This document shows positions 48,501-61,154 of a stretch of DNA of 64,000 bases, piece after piece. Both the position numbers and the translations under genes were made by a program. How positions within the stretch are numbered: the first letter of the stretch is position 1; each line of letters opens with the position of its first letter. The notes beneath the pieces were generated by a model, which was not told the origin of the DNA, did not search any database, and was given only the letters and a program-made list of their open reading frames with translations. Source of the DNA: Cyanophora paradoxa CCMP329 (taxonomy: Eukaryota > Plantae > Glaucophyta). The stretch lies in assembly GCA_004431415.1 (NCBI GenBank), contig QPMI01000198.1, positions 62,001 through 126,000 of the forward strand, given 5' to 3'.

Positions 48501-51500
48501 CCTGCGTGTTGCGCGTCTCAAAAAAAAGGCGACACGCAAGAGCTCCGAAGGGAAAGGTGCAAATACCTCGCAACAGGCGAGAACCCTGGGGGGGGAGCAA
48601 GCCAGTACCAGCCAGAAGTGCTCGACGTATCAGTAACGGTCGCACTTGGGTCGAAAGTGGACGGGAAGACCCCGAAGCCGGAGGACGAAGTCGTCACCGC
48701 TAATAGAGCACTGTTGGAGCCCTGCTCGGTCGTATCCGCTTGAGGGAAATCGCCGCCAAGATCCATGTACAAAAACGTTCCGTCCGTGGCGTACGCATTG
48801 GTGAGGAGCAGCTGGATAATTCCACCCTTCGGGAGGGTCGCGCCGGCAGGCAGAGCAGCGACGGCAATGTCTCCAGTTGGGCATCCGGTGATAGCAGCAG
48901 GGAAGTAAATCGTAGTATCGAGTTTCAGGTCGTCCGCGATCTTCAAGGAACGCTGCACCAAGAAATCTCGGTTGCGCACGCGGTGGAGCTGTCGCGATTG
49001 CTAAGAACGATGTCTGGGGAAGGAATAAAATGAAAATGTCTGTACCGCAGAACTCCCGGCAGAACCCCCGGCGACAGTAATGTACGTGAAGTCGTAACTC
49101 GGGCTGAACCAGATGTTCATAATGTGCTGGGAAGCAGTCCCGTACGGTGTTGAACCAAGACGCGTAATCACGGCCCCATTCACACTGAAGCGCACCACCC
49201 GGCCGCGATCTGCTTTAACGATCAGGAATCATTGAGTCGATTCGCACACGGAAAAGCGTACTGGTTCCAACGTAAATGAGAGTGCCCTCCGGCGCCCAAG
49301 CGGCAGTCGTATGCTCTCCACTGTACATTCCCATGGCGTTAATAGCCGCAATGGTTGCACCTCCCGCCTTCCACTCGTCCTGCGTGCCAGAAATTCTTGA
49401 CACTGAAGAGTTCGTCAACGAGATCGGCCCGAATTGCACGGTGTGTGTCTGGACATCCAGCGAGATTCCATAACCGGCCGAAGTCCCCGCGTTGTCAAGA
49501 TCAGCCCACGACGTCGTATCGGACGTGCCCGAGAGCCTTGCAGAGAAGAAGTATACGTATCCTGCGGACGGGGTTCCAGAGCGACCAGCAACTCCAGCGG
49601 TCCACCGAAGAGAGCTGAACACCGAGGCAGACTGGTTCGGGAGCCCATCGACGTACGCTCCAGTAATGGCAATTGATTCTCTGAGATGCAACGTGTCAAC
49701 GAAAAAATATTTGCCAGAAAGTTACATAAAAACGCACAAAAAGTACATGTCAGCGAGGCGAATCTTAGCGATTGCCCCATTCATGCCCACAAATGCGAAT
49801 TGCTCCGTATCGTCGACGACGAGAGAGAATGCTCCGGTCCCGCGCAGGTCAACTCGCGCGCCAGGGCAGAAAACATTGTTCGCATCGGAGCCGGTGCTTG
49901 CCAATTCAGGGCAATTACTCGGTGAGACTCCAGGTGGCAGATCAAGCCGGACCGGCTCGTTTGCAGTTGCGCCAGGAATAATGGACGCCTGCGCAGATCA
50001 ATTAGAAAAATTTGATAACAAACGGAAGGCTTCACAAGCCTTACCTTCACAAGCCAAGCAGAGTTGCCCTGCCCGATTGACGAAGTCCTCGTCCAAAGAA
50101 CGAAGATTAGGTTCGAAGCTTTATTAATGTACGATGCAGAGGCCGCAACATCTCCCGATGGCGCAGCAGGGAAATTCGCCGGACTCCGGACACGACGCAG
50201 ATTAGTGTTGTCTTGCTTGGTATTGTCAAAACCAGGAAGATTGGCGGAGTACTCATTCGGGGCGGTCGTGACCGGAACACGCACGTACTAGCGTAACGTA
50301 AGCGAACGCACAAATCCAATTGCGCAGGAAACGCACTGTCTCATACTGCGAGAGTCGCGAAGCAGTTCCATTTCCACCACGGAAGGTGAACAAGACTTGA
50401 CCGTTCGGCATCCAAGCCGTAATTGAGGGCACAAAAGACGGAGCTGACGCCGTTACTCCTGCGTTAACTCCGTTGCCACCGTTCGGGAGTGCGGTCATTA
50501 CGTCGGCAGATGCTGCATATGGTGAGGTCAGGCAAAAGTGAGCGAAAGGCGAGGGAAACTTACAGAGTGCGGTATACTCGAGTTCGAAACCATCCGCAGT
50601 CTTGTCATCGCCATTTGATTCGAACTCAATGTACACATAGGGGCCAGTCGAAACGATTCCACGTGCGTCAGGCAATACACGATCACACGCCCCGCCATTG
50701 ACGCAGAACCACTCGTACAGCTTTGGAGCTCTGTTGTCGATTCCGTCATAAATCTGATCCCAGAACAATTTCAGCACAGGAAAACATAATAAACTCAAGC
50801 CAGACGCACTGTTAAGCGATCAGAAGACGATCCAGCGGAGGATGCCGGTTCATCTGTCGCTGAAGGGAAGGCGAATTTTGTGAAAACAAGCCGAACACGA
50901 TCGGCCTTGAGGTTGCCCATCTGTCCACTTGCCGGTTTCAAGAATCGACGCGCGAATGTCGTGCGCGTGTCAAACGCATCCAATGTGTGTGTCCCGTTCC
51001 TCGTCTCGTCCAGATTGATGTGGAAGGGTTTTTCGTCGAAATCGGCAAGCTCGGGGAATCCATCGAAACCACCAGTCGTAGAAGCCGATGGAGTGATCCA
51101 CCTGAAAACATTAAATGAAGGATGAGACTGAAATATAGGAGAAGCCGCACCACATGCAAAGCGTGTTTGGATGGTAGTTCCCGGTTCCAGAACCATCGAC
51201 AATTAAACCGTGCATATTGCGATTCACCGAAGGCGTTGATGGGTTTCCAAGGGGATTGAACACGCGCTTCAAGCCGTTGGCAAGGTTATTGGTTTCCAAG
51301 GGCTGGCCGGCCGTGTTATACGGCGTCGTTGACGGTGTAAGGGGGAAATCCCGGCAGCAATGATCTGAGATGAGCGTTGGGAATGCGCACGTTGGGTTCT
51401 GGCACTCAAAATTTCGCACTCTGAATGAGCTTAAAGCACGACGAGTATCCGGTGAAAGAGGAGTCTCCAGATGCGAAAATACCAATCTGGACTTGGACAT

Positions 51501-54500
51501 TGCCCTTCGGAAGAAGATAGTTTGTGGTAGCAGCAGTTGCAGCTGCATCGGTGATGCGGCAACCAAGTTGCCAATCGTAGGAGCCAGACGTGGCGCCGTT
51601 GTACTCGGGGTTCGGAACGTTACGAGCAATCAAAAACTGACCTCCGCTGCCTTCGTGAGTGACGTAACCGTTCGCCTGTCCACCAACGGCGAAGACATAG
51701 ATATCAATAAACTTGGGTGCAGCTCCGCGAGCACCAGTCCCGGACCACGTGATCGTGCAGGGAGCCCCGAATCGGCACGATGTCGCAGTGGCTCCAGTCA
51801 AGTCAGTGACGCCGATCCTCGCACGTGTTTGCGCTTGGGAGGGAGCGATGTTCAACTTGACAGGATTGACCAGTACGGCGTTGGACTTGACTTGCGCGAA
51901 TGCGGTCGAGTCGATGACATTGTTAGATGCCGTGTAAAGTTGAAGTTCTGCCTGATACCTGCACATCTGTTACGCTTCGATATCTAGAGAAAGACAAAAA
52001 TTGTTCGTACCACCCGATAGGGAACGGCTTCTGGTTATTGTTTCTGACAAAACCCACACCTGATCCTGATTGGGTAGTTCCAGTGGCCAGAGCCGCATCT
52101 GTAGCCGTTCCGACCGGAGACGAGTCAACAACAGCGTTTGGCGACGTTCCAGCACGCATGGCGTTGTTTGTGCTCGTAATTCCGGGAATGCTGAAGGTGT
52201 AATCAAGCGTAGAAGCGCCATCAATCTTGTTGTAGTTAGCGGGATCAGTCAGCCGCGCAGCTGTTGTGCCCCGATTGTTCTCGGGCTTCACAGCAATTGG
52301 AGTTCTTGCTGTTGCTGAAGCCAAAGCGCCTCCAGTCGACAAAATGTCGTCTGCGTGTGGACGCCACGTTCTAGAGCGAAATGAATGAGGAAATTGAACT
52401 CACAAAGAGCAAAAGGAAAAGGAAAAAGCAAACACTCACATAGAGGTTCCTGCGCTCGTGCGGCTTACTCCGGCAACGTCACTTGTCTGGATCTTGTTGT
52501 TGAGTTCGGCCGGGCCGAGATAATACAACACGATGCGGTAATACGTTGGATTTCTCGTGTCTGATGATGCACAGGAGCTCAACGACCACGTGAAGGTGAC
52601 CGAATCTCCATGGACGCCGGTTGCAATCTGAAACATGTCAAAACAATAAACGAACAACGTCTGTAACAACCTCTCACCCCACATTTCGATGCAGCAATAA
52701 ATCTGGTGATGTCAGAGTAGTTCCTAGGACTCAACTCCGCCGGAGAAGTGTCGGGCAGGTCGCCCCACATTCCTTCATCCGTACCCTGATTTCCCAAGTC
52801 GTTTCCGTTTGCAAGAGTAGAGTTGTAAGTCGCAGGAAGGATCGAACGGGGTTCACACACTGCACTGGATTATTTTGGGTGACTTTTGGAATCAAAAAAC
52901 GGCGCACTGGGGGTGTAAGTTGCTGCGATACACATGGGAATGTCGGTCGACATGATGGTAGGCGTTGCCGGGTTCGGGTTGACTTTAGGAGTCCCTGTAG
53001 TGATTGCTCCGCGCGCTGCATTTCCGACGGCGGGGGCAAGGCCAGAACTGGAGTCAAAGGTGGCGGCAACATTCGAAAACCCAAGACGTCTGTTGGAGTC
53101 ACTGTCTCCCGACGCCTTAGAGTTGAAGTCCGACCATTGGATGTTCCACATCTCCGCTGCTGAAGACCCCGTAGCAGGCGTGGCGGGGAAGTTGGTAGAG
53201 GCGTCCATTAGGCACTCCAGTCGCAGTGTCACGTTCGCATAGGTTGTCACTTCCTGTACGCTCGATTTTAACATTTAATTTAAAAGGAAAATTTAGAAGG
53301 AAAACTGCAGCGCACATTTCCCGCCTGATTCAACCATCCGTCGTAAAACCCTTCTGTTTTAGAGTCATATCTGTGAAACTTGCCGAATTGGATCGCGCTG
53401 CCGGTATTTTTGAGGTCATTATGTGCGTTATACAGATCCTCGACGGTCGGGATTGGGATCGATAAAGTTGCTGGCGTCCCAAGAAGGAGACCCGTAATGG
53501 AAGTCGATGAAGCGTCAGTTCCAGACTTATTGTCGTCGCTGTCGGATTTCACTCTGTATATCTCGCCGGCGTGTGTAGTTGTATCCGCATTCCAATTGGT
53601 AGTGCCAGTTCGGACGGTCGGATACTTGATGATGCTCTCAGTGCTACCGCCGACTTTCGTTCTCCAGTGCGCGCGAATTCGGCGGCAAGCAGTTGAAATG
53701 GTGACAGCGGGATTAGGACCTACAATACTATTTCCCCCTTCTGAGTGTCCCTGAAGAAGAGGGTAGATGGCGTTCGACATCCCAACAGTAGCTCCAGTCA
53801 GGTTTACAGCAGTATACGGGACCGGGGCGTAGGTGACAGTGAGAACAAGGGTGTTTTGTCTGTGCAGAATGAGTTCGTATCTCCAAAACAGAATACGGGA
53901 TAAGCGAGACATTCGCACTCGAGAGGAATGGTGGTGGCACTTGTCCCCATTTTCAGTTTCGAGGCAGTGTAGCAAGTATGGGTAACGCCATCATGAACTA
54001 CAGGCTTTGTTTTTCCAGCATCCGCGGTATGCGATAACGCCGTAACAGCCCAAGCTGGAAAAAACTATGTCAAAGGCGTCCAAATAAACTTCCTCGAGAA
54101 AAACGCACGAGCATAAATGAAGATGTTCGTCTCAATGGTAAAAAGGACGTCTTTGGTCTGCAGGTCCGTAGAAGTGGACGATACTGTAGTTCCTGCCATG
54201 CTCTTGAACACATTCAAACGAATCTGAGAAAAGTGAAAAGAGGAAGAAGAATAAGGAGAAAAGCGTCAAACCACGTAAGGCCCAGCAAGTGTATGACGAG
54301 TTTTGTCGGGGAGAATGATGCCAGGCGGGAGATAGTCGTTGAATTGATCGCCGTACTGAGCCTTAAACAGAGTAGACGCTTTCGTGGACTCTGTCACGAT
54401 TGTTGGGGGCACATCCAGGATCTTTGCATCGGATTTGAGCATCTTCGTAGTCCACGGCCCGAGCCTGCGTACAGTTTGTCGACACTCCACACCAGGAAAA

Positions 54501-55015
54501 GATATCGATAAGAACATACTGCCATTCCGACGCAGGCGTAGTACCAGAGATGTCAAACATAGTTCCACAGTATTCGAAGAGTTCAGCAAGGAACTGCGGT
54601 GCTTTAGCGGGCATATTCGGTTCGTCGACGAGACAGTCGCACCAGATTGCCACGGTAAAGGCTGACTTGATAGCACGAGGCGGTGTTAGCGATTTGATAC
54701 TCTTTCGATGTGATTGTGATTGTCTGAAGGCTTGGTCAACTCATTGCCATCTATACAACCCGCTTTCATGAGCACCTGAGGAGCGAAGACGCGCCAGTGT
54801 CCACCGTTGCTGAGCTTCAATGTCGCAGCGTCTTGGCCTGCGCCGCGTTTGAATATGAGCTGAACGAAACACCGCTCCAAAACCACTCCGCTCCGGGGCT
54901 GCATTCGCTCGATTCATGACGCACCATTCCCAAACATAGCTAGAGACGCAAACAGGACTACAACGAGGGCCGCCCGGCCCGCCACAGCGGCGCCGGCTGC
55001 TGTGCGGCCTGCCAT
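45531..55015 (-). CDS. Giant type I transmembrane surface protein (signal peptide, Kre9/KNH-like Ig repeats, CUB domain, beta-propeller-like region, Thr/Ser stalk, TM)
   Basis: Signal peptide MAGRTAAGAAVAGRAALVVVLFASLAMFG. CUB: IVDGSGTGNYHPNTLCMW ... IYDG ... IVSTGPYVYIEFES...GFELEY. At least 4 'ITW...GSY.W...S.F' repeats. TM GVIILACLGIPLMTFCGCVCGWFA followed by KRK. Long T/S/G/N-rich exons. Single-gene status is inferred. Confidence 0.75.
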
Positions 55016-55452
55016 CCGGCCCGACGAGTTCGAAAGTCCGCCGCGCTCTCCCGCGTCCAGACCAGCTTAGCTACCGCTGCGCTGTGTGCTTGTCTACCGT
55101 CGTGCGCTGGGTATTCCGACCTACGTACGCGCTCGATCGGGCTGGGTTGGCGGGCTGATTAGCTCGCCTTCCCTGCCAACCGTGCAAACACCGTACCAGC
55201 CGCAAGCGGTTATTTTGAGCAAGTCCAAAACCGTCGCTATTCCTGGGTTTTTTAGTTGGGCCGAACGGGAATCTGGTGTTTTCAGAAGATTTCGGAGCAC
55301 ATTTCGAGACAACGCTAGGCACGCTCGCAGGCGCTAGGCAAGCTTGCAGGCGCTGTCGCTGCGCGCGCCAGCACTTTCGCTTTTGCGTTCGCGCTTTCGT
55401 ACATTATGGGCGCGCACTTTCGTACTTTATGGGCGCGCACCCGTCTCGAGCG

Positions 55453-58400
55453 CCTCGCGCCCGGCCAGCGCCCCGCGGAGCCGCCCGCCCAGCGCGGGAA
55501 GGGCACCGCACGGGCATGCTACTCCTTCTGCAGCGATTGCAGGCCCCAGCAGCTCTCGCCAGCCGAGAGAAGCGAGCGGTTCGCATGCAGCGAAAGATGC
55601 CGAGGCCATGCTCGGCGGAGGCGCGCACCCGTCTCGAGCGCCTCTTTAGCTCTAGCTAACCCCGCTGGCTGCGCAGAGCTGGCAGCGGCCAGGATCAGGG
55701 CGCTGACGGAAGTGCACAACAAGAAGGTCCGGGCGTTGATGGGCACGATCCAGCTGTTGGAGAAGCGCATCAAGGATGCAGAGATACAGAACAAGGAGAA
55801 CAAGCGGTCCAACCTCATCAAGCTACTCGAGGCAAGCGCGTGTGGGCTCACGGTGTCGTTCGCTTGAACTGATGCACCGGTCCGCACAGCAAGATTTGAA
55901 GGACCAGGAGGTCACCATTGCAATCCTGAGACGCGAGCTCGTCAACAGCGCTCGCCTGAACGATGAGAAGGTGCCCCAGCTGCGCCTGTGCGAATCTTGC
56001 GCCCCTGACCCCGCGCGCCGCAGGTGGACGAGCTCGTCGCGAGGGCGCACGGCTACGCATATGACCGCGTCAGGATTCCGCACCGCGAGCGCCTGCAGAA
56101 GGAGGTGACCGCTTGTGCAATCAGGCCCGCCGACCCGCGTTAGCTGACGTCACGCATACACACAGGTGAAGCAGCTGCAAGCGAAGGCGACGCAGGCGCA
56201 GCACGAGGCAATGGAAGCGAAGGCGCGCGTGGCGATTGTGGCAGCGGAGAAGGCGTCGGTCCCGTCGCCGGACGCGGACACGCGGATCACGTACAGGGAG
56301 CACCAGAAGACGGGCGAGCGGGCCTTGCATCGCCCTCTCTCCGCACCTCTGACGCCTTGTCGGCAGTTGCGCGGATGAAGGACCTGGCGCGGCAAGTGGA
56401 GGAGCTGCAGGCGGAGGCGGCGGCGCGGGCGGGGGCGGAGAAGAAGCTCACGGAGCTGAACACGGAGCTGACCGCCAACCTGCGGCGCCTCCGAGCGTGC
56501 GGCCGCCCCTCCCGCCCCGTGCGGCGCTCTCTGACGCGCGGTGCAGGGCGGAGGAGGAGTGGGCGAAGTGGGCGCAGGAGCGCGAGAAGCTGGAGAGCCG
56601 TGTCAACGAGCTGCGCTGGGAGAGCGCCGCCCTCTTCGCGGAGCGCACGCGGGTGCGCTGGGACGCCAACCCCCCCTTTCTCGCCTGAGACGGGATGTAG
56701 GCGGAAGAGGCGGCGCGGGCGGCGCAGCGGGAGGCGGAGGCGGCGAGACGGGAGGTCGAGACGGCGCTCGCGCGGCAGGCGGAGCTGCAGGCCGCCGCCG
56801 CGAAGCAGGCCGCAGCCGCCGCCGCGCCGCAGACGCCCGCCGCCCCGGCTCCGCAGCCGCCGGCGACGCCGTCTGGGGTGGCCGGTGCCCCCGCGCCCGC
56901 AGCAGCAGCCGAGTCGCCGGCCGCGCCCGCCCCCGGCTCCCGGCCGGCGCCGGCGTCGGGGCGGGCATCGGCCTCCTCCGCGCTGCCCGAGCTGGCGGCG
57001 GCCCGCAACGAGGCGGCCGAGCTGCAGTCCAAGGTCCGCGCGCGGGCGTTCGACACCGCCGCGCAGCCGGGGCCGACAGGCGGCGCGCAGCTGCGGGAGG
57101 CGGATTCGCAGCTGGCGGCGCGGGAGACGGCGCTGACGGCCAAGTGGCAGGAGGCCGTCGCGGCCGCACAGGAGGAGCGCAGCCGCGCCGCCGACGAGCG
57201 CGGTGCCCGCCGCGCGCTCCCAGCGAGCCCCCGCCGCTCACGCCGCGGCCCCGCGCAGCGCGGCTGGAGGGGAACCTGGATGCGGTGGAGAAGGAGGGCG
57301 GCGGCGCTGCGGGCGCAGGTCGCCGAGCTGCGCATCGCCCTCGCGGCGGCCCAGCGGGAGCGCGACCTCGCCGCCGCCTCTGCCTCGGCCCCGGGCCAGC
57401 CGGCGACGGGCCAGTCCGGCGTGCCCGCCGAGGCCCTCGCCACGGTCCGGCGCTGCCCCTCGCGGCTCTGGACGCTCCCTGACGGCGGCCCGGCCCGGCA
57501 GCTGGAGGCGACGGTGGCGCAGCTGCGGAAGCAGCTGGGCGAGTCGGCGGCGGCGGCGGGGCGGGCGCGGGAGCGCGAGGCGCAGCTCGCGGCCGACGCT
57601 GACGCGCTCCGCCAGCAGCTCGCCGCCGCCCAGCAGCAGCTCCGGTGCCCCGCCGCCCCGCCCCCCCCCTCCCCGCCGCTCCTGACGCCGGCCTGCAGCG
57701 CCGCGGCGCCCGAAGCGGCCCCGGCAGTCACGCGGAGCATCGCCGAGGCGCGTAGCGTTGCTTCCAGGCGTCTGCCCCGGGGCTAATCTCTCGCTCGTCC
57801 CGCAGGTCGACGCGCTGCGGCAGCGGGAGAGGGAGCAGGCGGCGGCGGAGCAGGAGCTGCGGAAGACGCTCGCGGCGGCGCGCGCCAAGGCGGAGGCGGC
57901 GGAGAGGGCATCGGAGGAGGCGCGGGGGCGCGAAGCGGCGCTGCAGGAGCGCGCTGCCCGCGCCGAGGACCGCGCCGCCGCCCTCGAGCGCCTCCACGGG
58001 CCCTCCTCCGCCCAGACCGACGTGCGTTCCCGCGCTCCCTCGCCGCCTCGCCAGTGTCTCTCGCTTTCTGAGCCCTTGGCGCCAGGGCTCCCAGCGGACG
58101 CGGCCGTCCGGCGCGCGGCACTACGACGAGGTGCGCGGTCGTCCCCGCCGCCGGCGCCGCGCCCTTCGCGCTGACCGGCGGCCCGCTGCAGGAGGAGCGC
58201 CCGGGCGGATGGCAGCAGCAGGCGGCCACGCCGGTGCAGGCCGGCGGCTCCGTGCGGCGCTGCCGCGCATACACCTCGGGCTCCTACGCGGAGGTCGGCC
58301 GGGCCGAGCCGAGCCGCCCGTACCAACCCCGCTCACGGGCCGCCCGCAGGAGGAGCCGCAGAGCGCGCGGCGCGGGCGCGGCGGCGGCTTCGCCTCCTCC

Positions 58401-58746
58401 GGCGCCCCCTCCCAGCAGCGCGTGCGTGCCCGCCGTTCCTGCCGACGCGGCCCCCTCACGCCGACCCATGGCGCCGCAGGAGCGGGCGGGGTACGAGGAC
58501 GAATCAGGGCCCGGGCCCGGCCTCGTGTACCTCTCCACAGGCGCCTTCGCCGCCGGGCCGGAGTGCGCGTTCCCTTGCCGCACCCCACGCGTCTCGCCCC
58601 TCGCCCCCGGCACTAACGGCCCCCGCAGCTCGGGCCGCGCGGCGTCGCGCCGCGGGAGCGACAGTGGTGCCGGCCCCCCGGCGCGCCGGGCGCACCCTGC
58701 GGGGGAGGGGCTGCGGGCCTCGGACAGCCTGCCGGCACCGGACAGC
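55453..58746 (+). repeat. Inverted segmental duplication, arm B
   Basis: Reverse complement of 29233-32748 with scattered substitutions and a ~220 bp internal deletion near 58685. Confidence 0.95.
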
Positions 58747-58947
58747 CCAATGCATTCCCTTCCCAGTTTTGCACTTGCGGTTCCATGTGCTTCAAGCTCA
58801 TCTATCTGTCCTACCTGTAGTCCAGCAGGGTCCCGGCGTGCATGGTGGTCAGGGCGATGCCCATGGCCTGCAGGGGGCAGAGGGGGAAGCGGAAGTCGAG
58901 GGCGAACTCGTTGCTGCTCGTCTTCCCGAACTGCGAGCGCGGGATAA
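55608..58947 (+). CDS. Coiled-coil protein, copy B (3'-truncated paralog with new C-terminus; may be a pseudogene)
   Basis: Same exons as copy A and no stop noticed in the exons checked. Homology stops at 58746; the frame continues to TAA at 58947. Confidence 0.55.
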
Positions 58948-60940
58948 TAAGCAGTTGCACACTTCCAAAGGCCACGCTACGGGCGCGCCTGCATGACCCA
59001 GGGGTGACGGGGGAGGACGGGCGCCCCGGGGCCCGAGCCGTCCGTCGCGCCCGTCCCCTCGGGCGTGGAGCCGGCGAGGACGAGCTGGAAGTTCTTCAGG
59101 CTCGCGATCTTTACGCGACCCCCGAAGTCCAGCACGTGCGACCGCCGCTCTGACGGAGCTGTTAGCGGTGTTTTACGGACGGACGATAGCGACGCACGGG
59201 GGTTCCAAATGGGTTGGGCAGTTTGCAGGAGAACGAAGGGGCCACGCGGCTGGGCCACGCCCTGCGCGGCATGGGCCACACACTGTACGGCCGAAATTAA
59301 GACCGAACCTCGGTGTTGACGGCCTCCTTGAGGCGATCGATAAGGCCCGGTTGGCCGGCGGGGCGGCACGCGTGCTCCTCCCGCCGCCCGTCCTCGTGCA
59401 CCTGCAGGGGAAGGCTTCAGGTTCGATCCGGGACGGAACCATGAGGACGCACGACGGGGATGAGGACGTGCATGCAGCGCGGCTCGCGCGCCCGCGCGAA
59501 GAGCGGCACCTTGTGCTCCTTCTGCTCCCCGGGCTTCAGATCCCTGTGGGCGACCGCAGAGCGCCGCGTGCGGGCGGACGAAGTGGATGGCGGCGAGCTC
59601 GTGGCGGCGGGAGCCGGCCTCGTCGCCGTCGTCGTCCCCCTCCTCCCCCCCCGCCCGCCGCTCCCCGCGGTCGTACAGCACGAAGTCCGTGCACACCGCG
59701 TTCAGCACCCTGCGGTCCCGTTCGACAAACGATTCCAGAACGCAGAGCTTCGGCCGCACCGCATCTTCCCCATATACGACTCCGTCGACGACTTGCTCTT
59801 GCTCTTCGTCCTGCTGAAAGGTTAATCCAGCGCGGCGAAGCCGGAAAGGCACTACACACTTTTCGGTGAAGAAGGGATACGTCGCCTGCTTGTCGAGCTT
59901 CTTGCGCCTGCAGAAAGAGTGAGAAGGGCGTCGTGAATTAAGAGATCGCCGCGCGCACTTGACGTGGAGGAGGAGGCGGCGGCTGTCGTCGGGGAAGAGC
60001 TGGAAGGACGGGAAGAGCTTCTGCGCTCAGCGGTTAAGCGGTCGCTTCTTTGGGGGGAGGAAATTCACGGCACCTTCACGAGCGGGGCGTACTTTCGGAT
60101 CATCATGCTCTGCACCGTCTCGCCCTTCGGCACGGGCCTACCGAGCGGAGTCAGACGCGGCGAAAGAGCCCTGACGTTCGACGACGGACCGCAGCAGCCA
60201 CTCCCGCAGAGCAGCCTGGTTGTTGGCTTGGGGGAATGCGGACAGGACGAGCGGGGGCCCCGCAGCAGCGCCTCCTGAAGGCGCGCCCGCATCCGCTACC
60301 GGGACGTGCCCGCTGCGTTCCGTCTCGTCCGCCTCGTCGGCGCCGCCGTCATCGCCGTCCCCGACATCGGCCTCGTCCGAGCCCGGCTCCTGGTCTTGCG
60401 GGGCGGGCCGCGCAGTCGCTGCGGCGGAGTTAAGACTCGCCTAGCAAAGCGCAGCTGGGGGCGGCACCGCGGTGCGCTTGGGTGGCCCGGGCTGCAGGCT
60501 GCGTCACTGCGGCGGGCGCGGGTACGGCGCGGGCGTGCGCCTGCGGCCGCATCAACGCGAGACAAACGAGATCTTCGGAAGCTTACCTGCGGCGGGGGCG
60601 CAGTGGGTTCCTCATGCTCCACTGGCTGCCTCCCCTGCTGCGTCTGCGTGCGCTGCTGCGGCTGCTGCCGCGTGGGCTGGGTGAAGTCCACGTCTTTGTT
60701 CACCCAGCCGAGGTCGCTGCGTCGGCGAGCGGCCTCCAGGATCTCGTCATCGTCGTCGCTATCATCGTCCTCGTCTTCGAAGTTCCCGTCCAGGCGCGTG
60801 ACGGCGGAGCTTGCCGCAACGGGCTCGCGCACGCCAGGCTGGCTCAGTGTGCGCTCCACGCGGCGCGCTGGGGCAAGATCTGCGTCCGCCATCGAGCTCG
60901 CGCGCTGCATGCCCGCCGAGGGTGGCCGCCTCGTCGCCAT
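58811..60940 (-). CDS. Tubby-like protein (Tub C-terminal domain)
   Basis: YMGKMR, TDFVLYDRG, ELAAIHF, PRCMHVLIP, QPIWNP, HVLDFGGRVKIASLKNFQLV, GKTSSNEFALDFRFPLCPLQAMGIALT. Acidic, disordered N-terminus. Confidence 0.92.
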
Positions 60941-61154
60941 CTTAACGACAAAACCCGGCAAAAAAACGCGGCGGGTACACGGGGGTCGGCGTGGTTCGAA
61001 AACCCCGCAGAACCACGTCCCCCGCGCACTCAGTGGTGGTGCTGAACAAAGCGGGAGGACTCTGCCGGCTCGCTGCTGCCGCTCGCTGCCGGAGCGTCGA
61101 GTTCGCCGCTGCCGCGCCCCAGCGCTCTCCGGCGCCAGCTAGGCGCCACGAGGC

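Noticed and set aside
46190-51987. Plus-strand ORFs such as 46190..46858, 49492..50127 and 51370..51987
   Set aside because: Antisense shadows of the minus-strand surface-protein exons.
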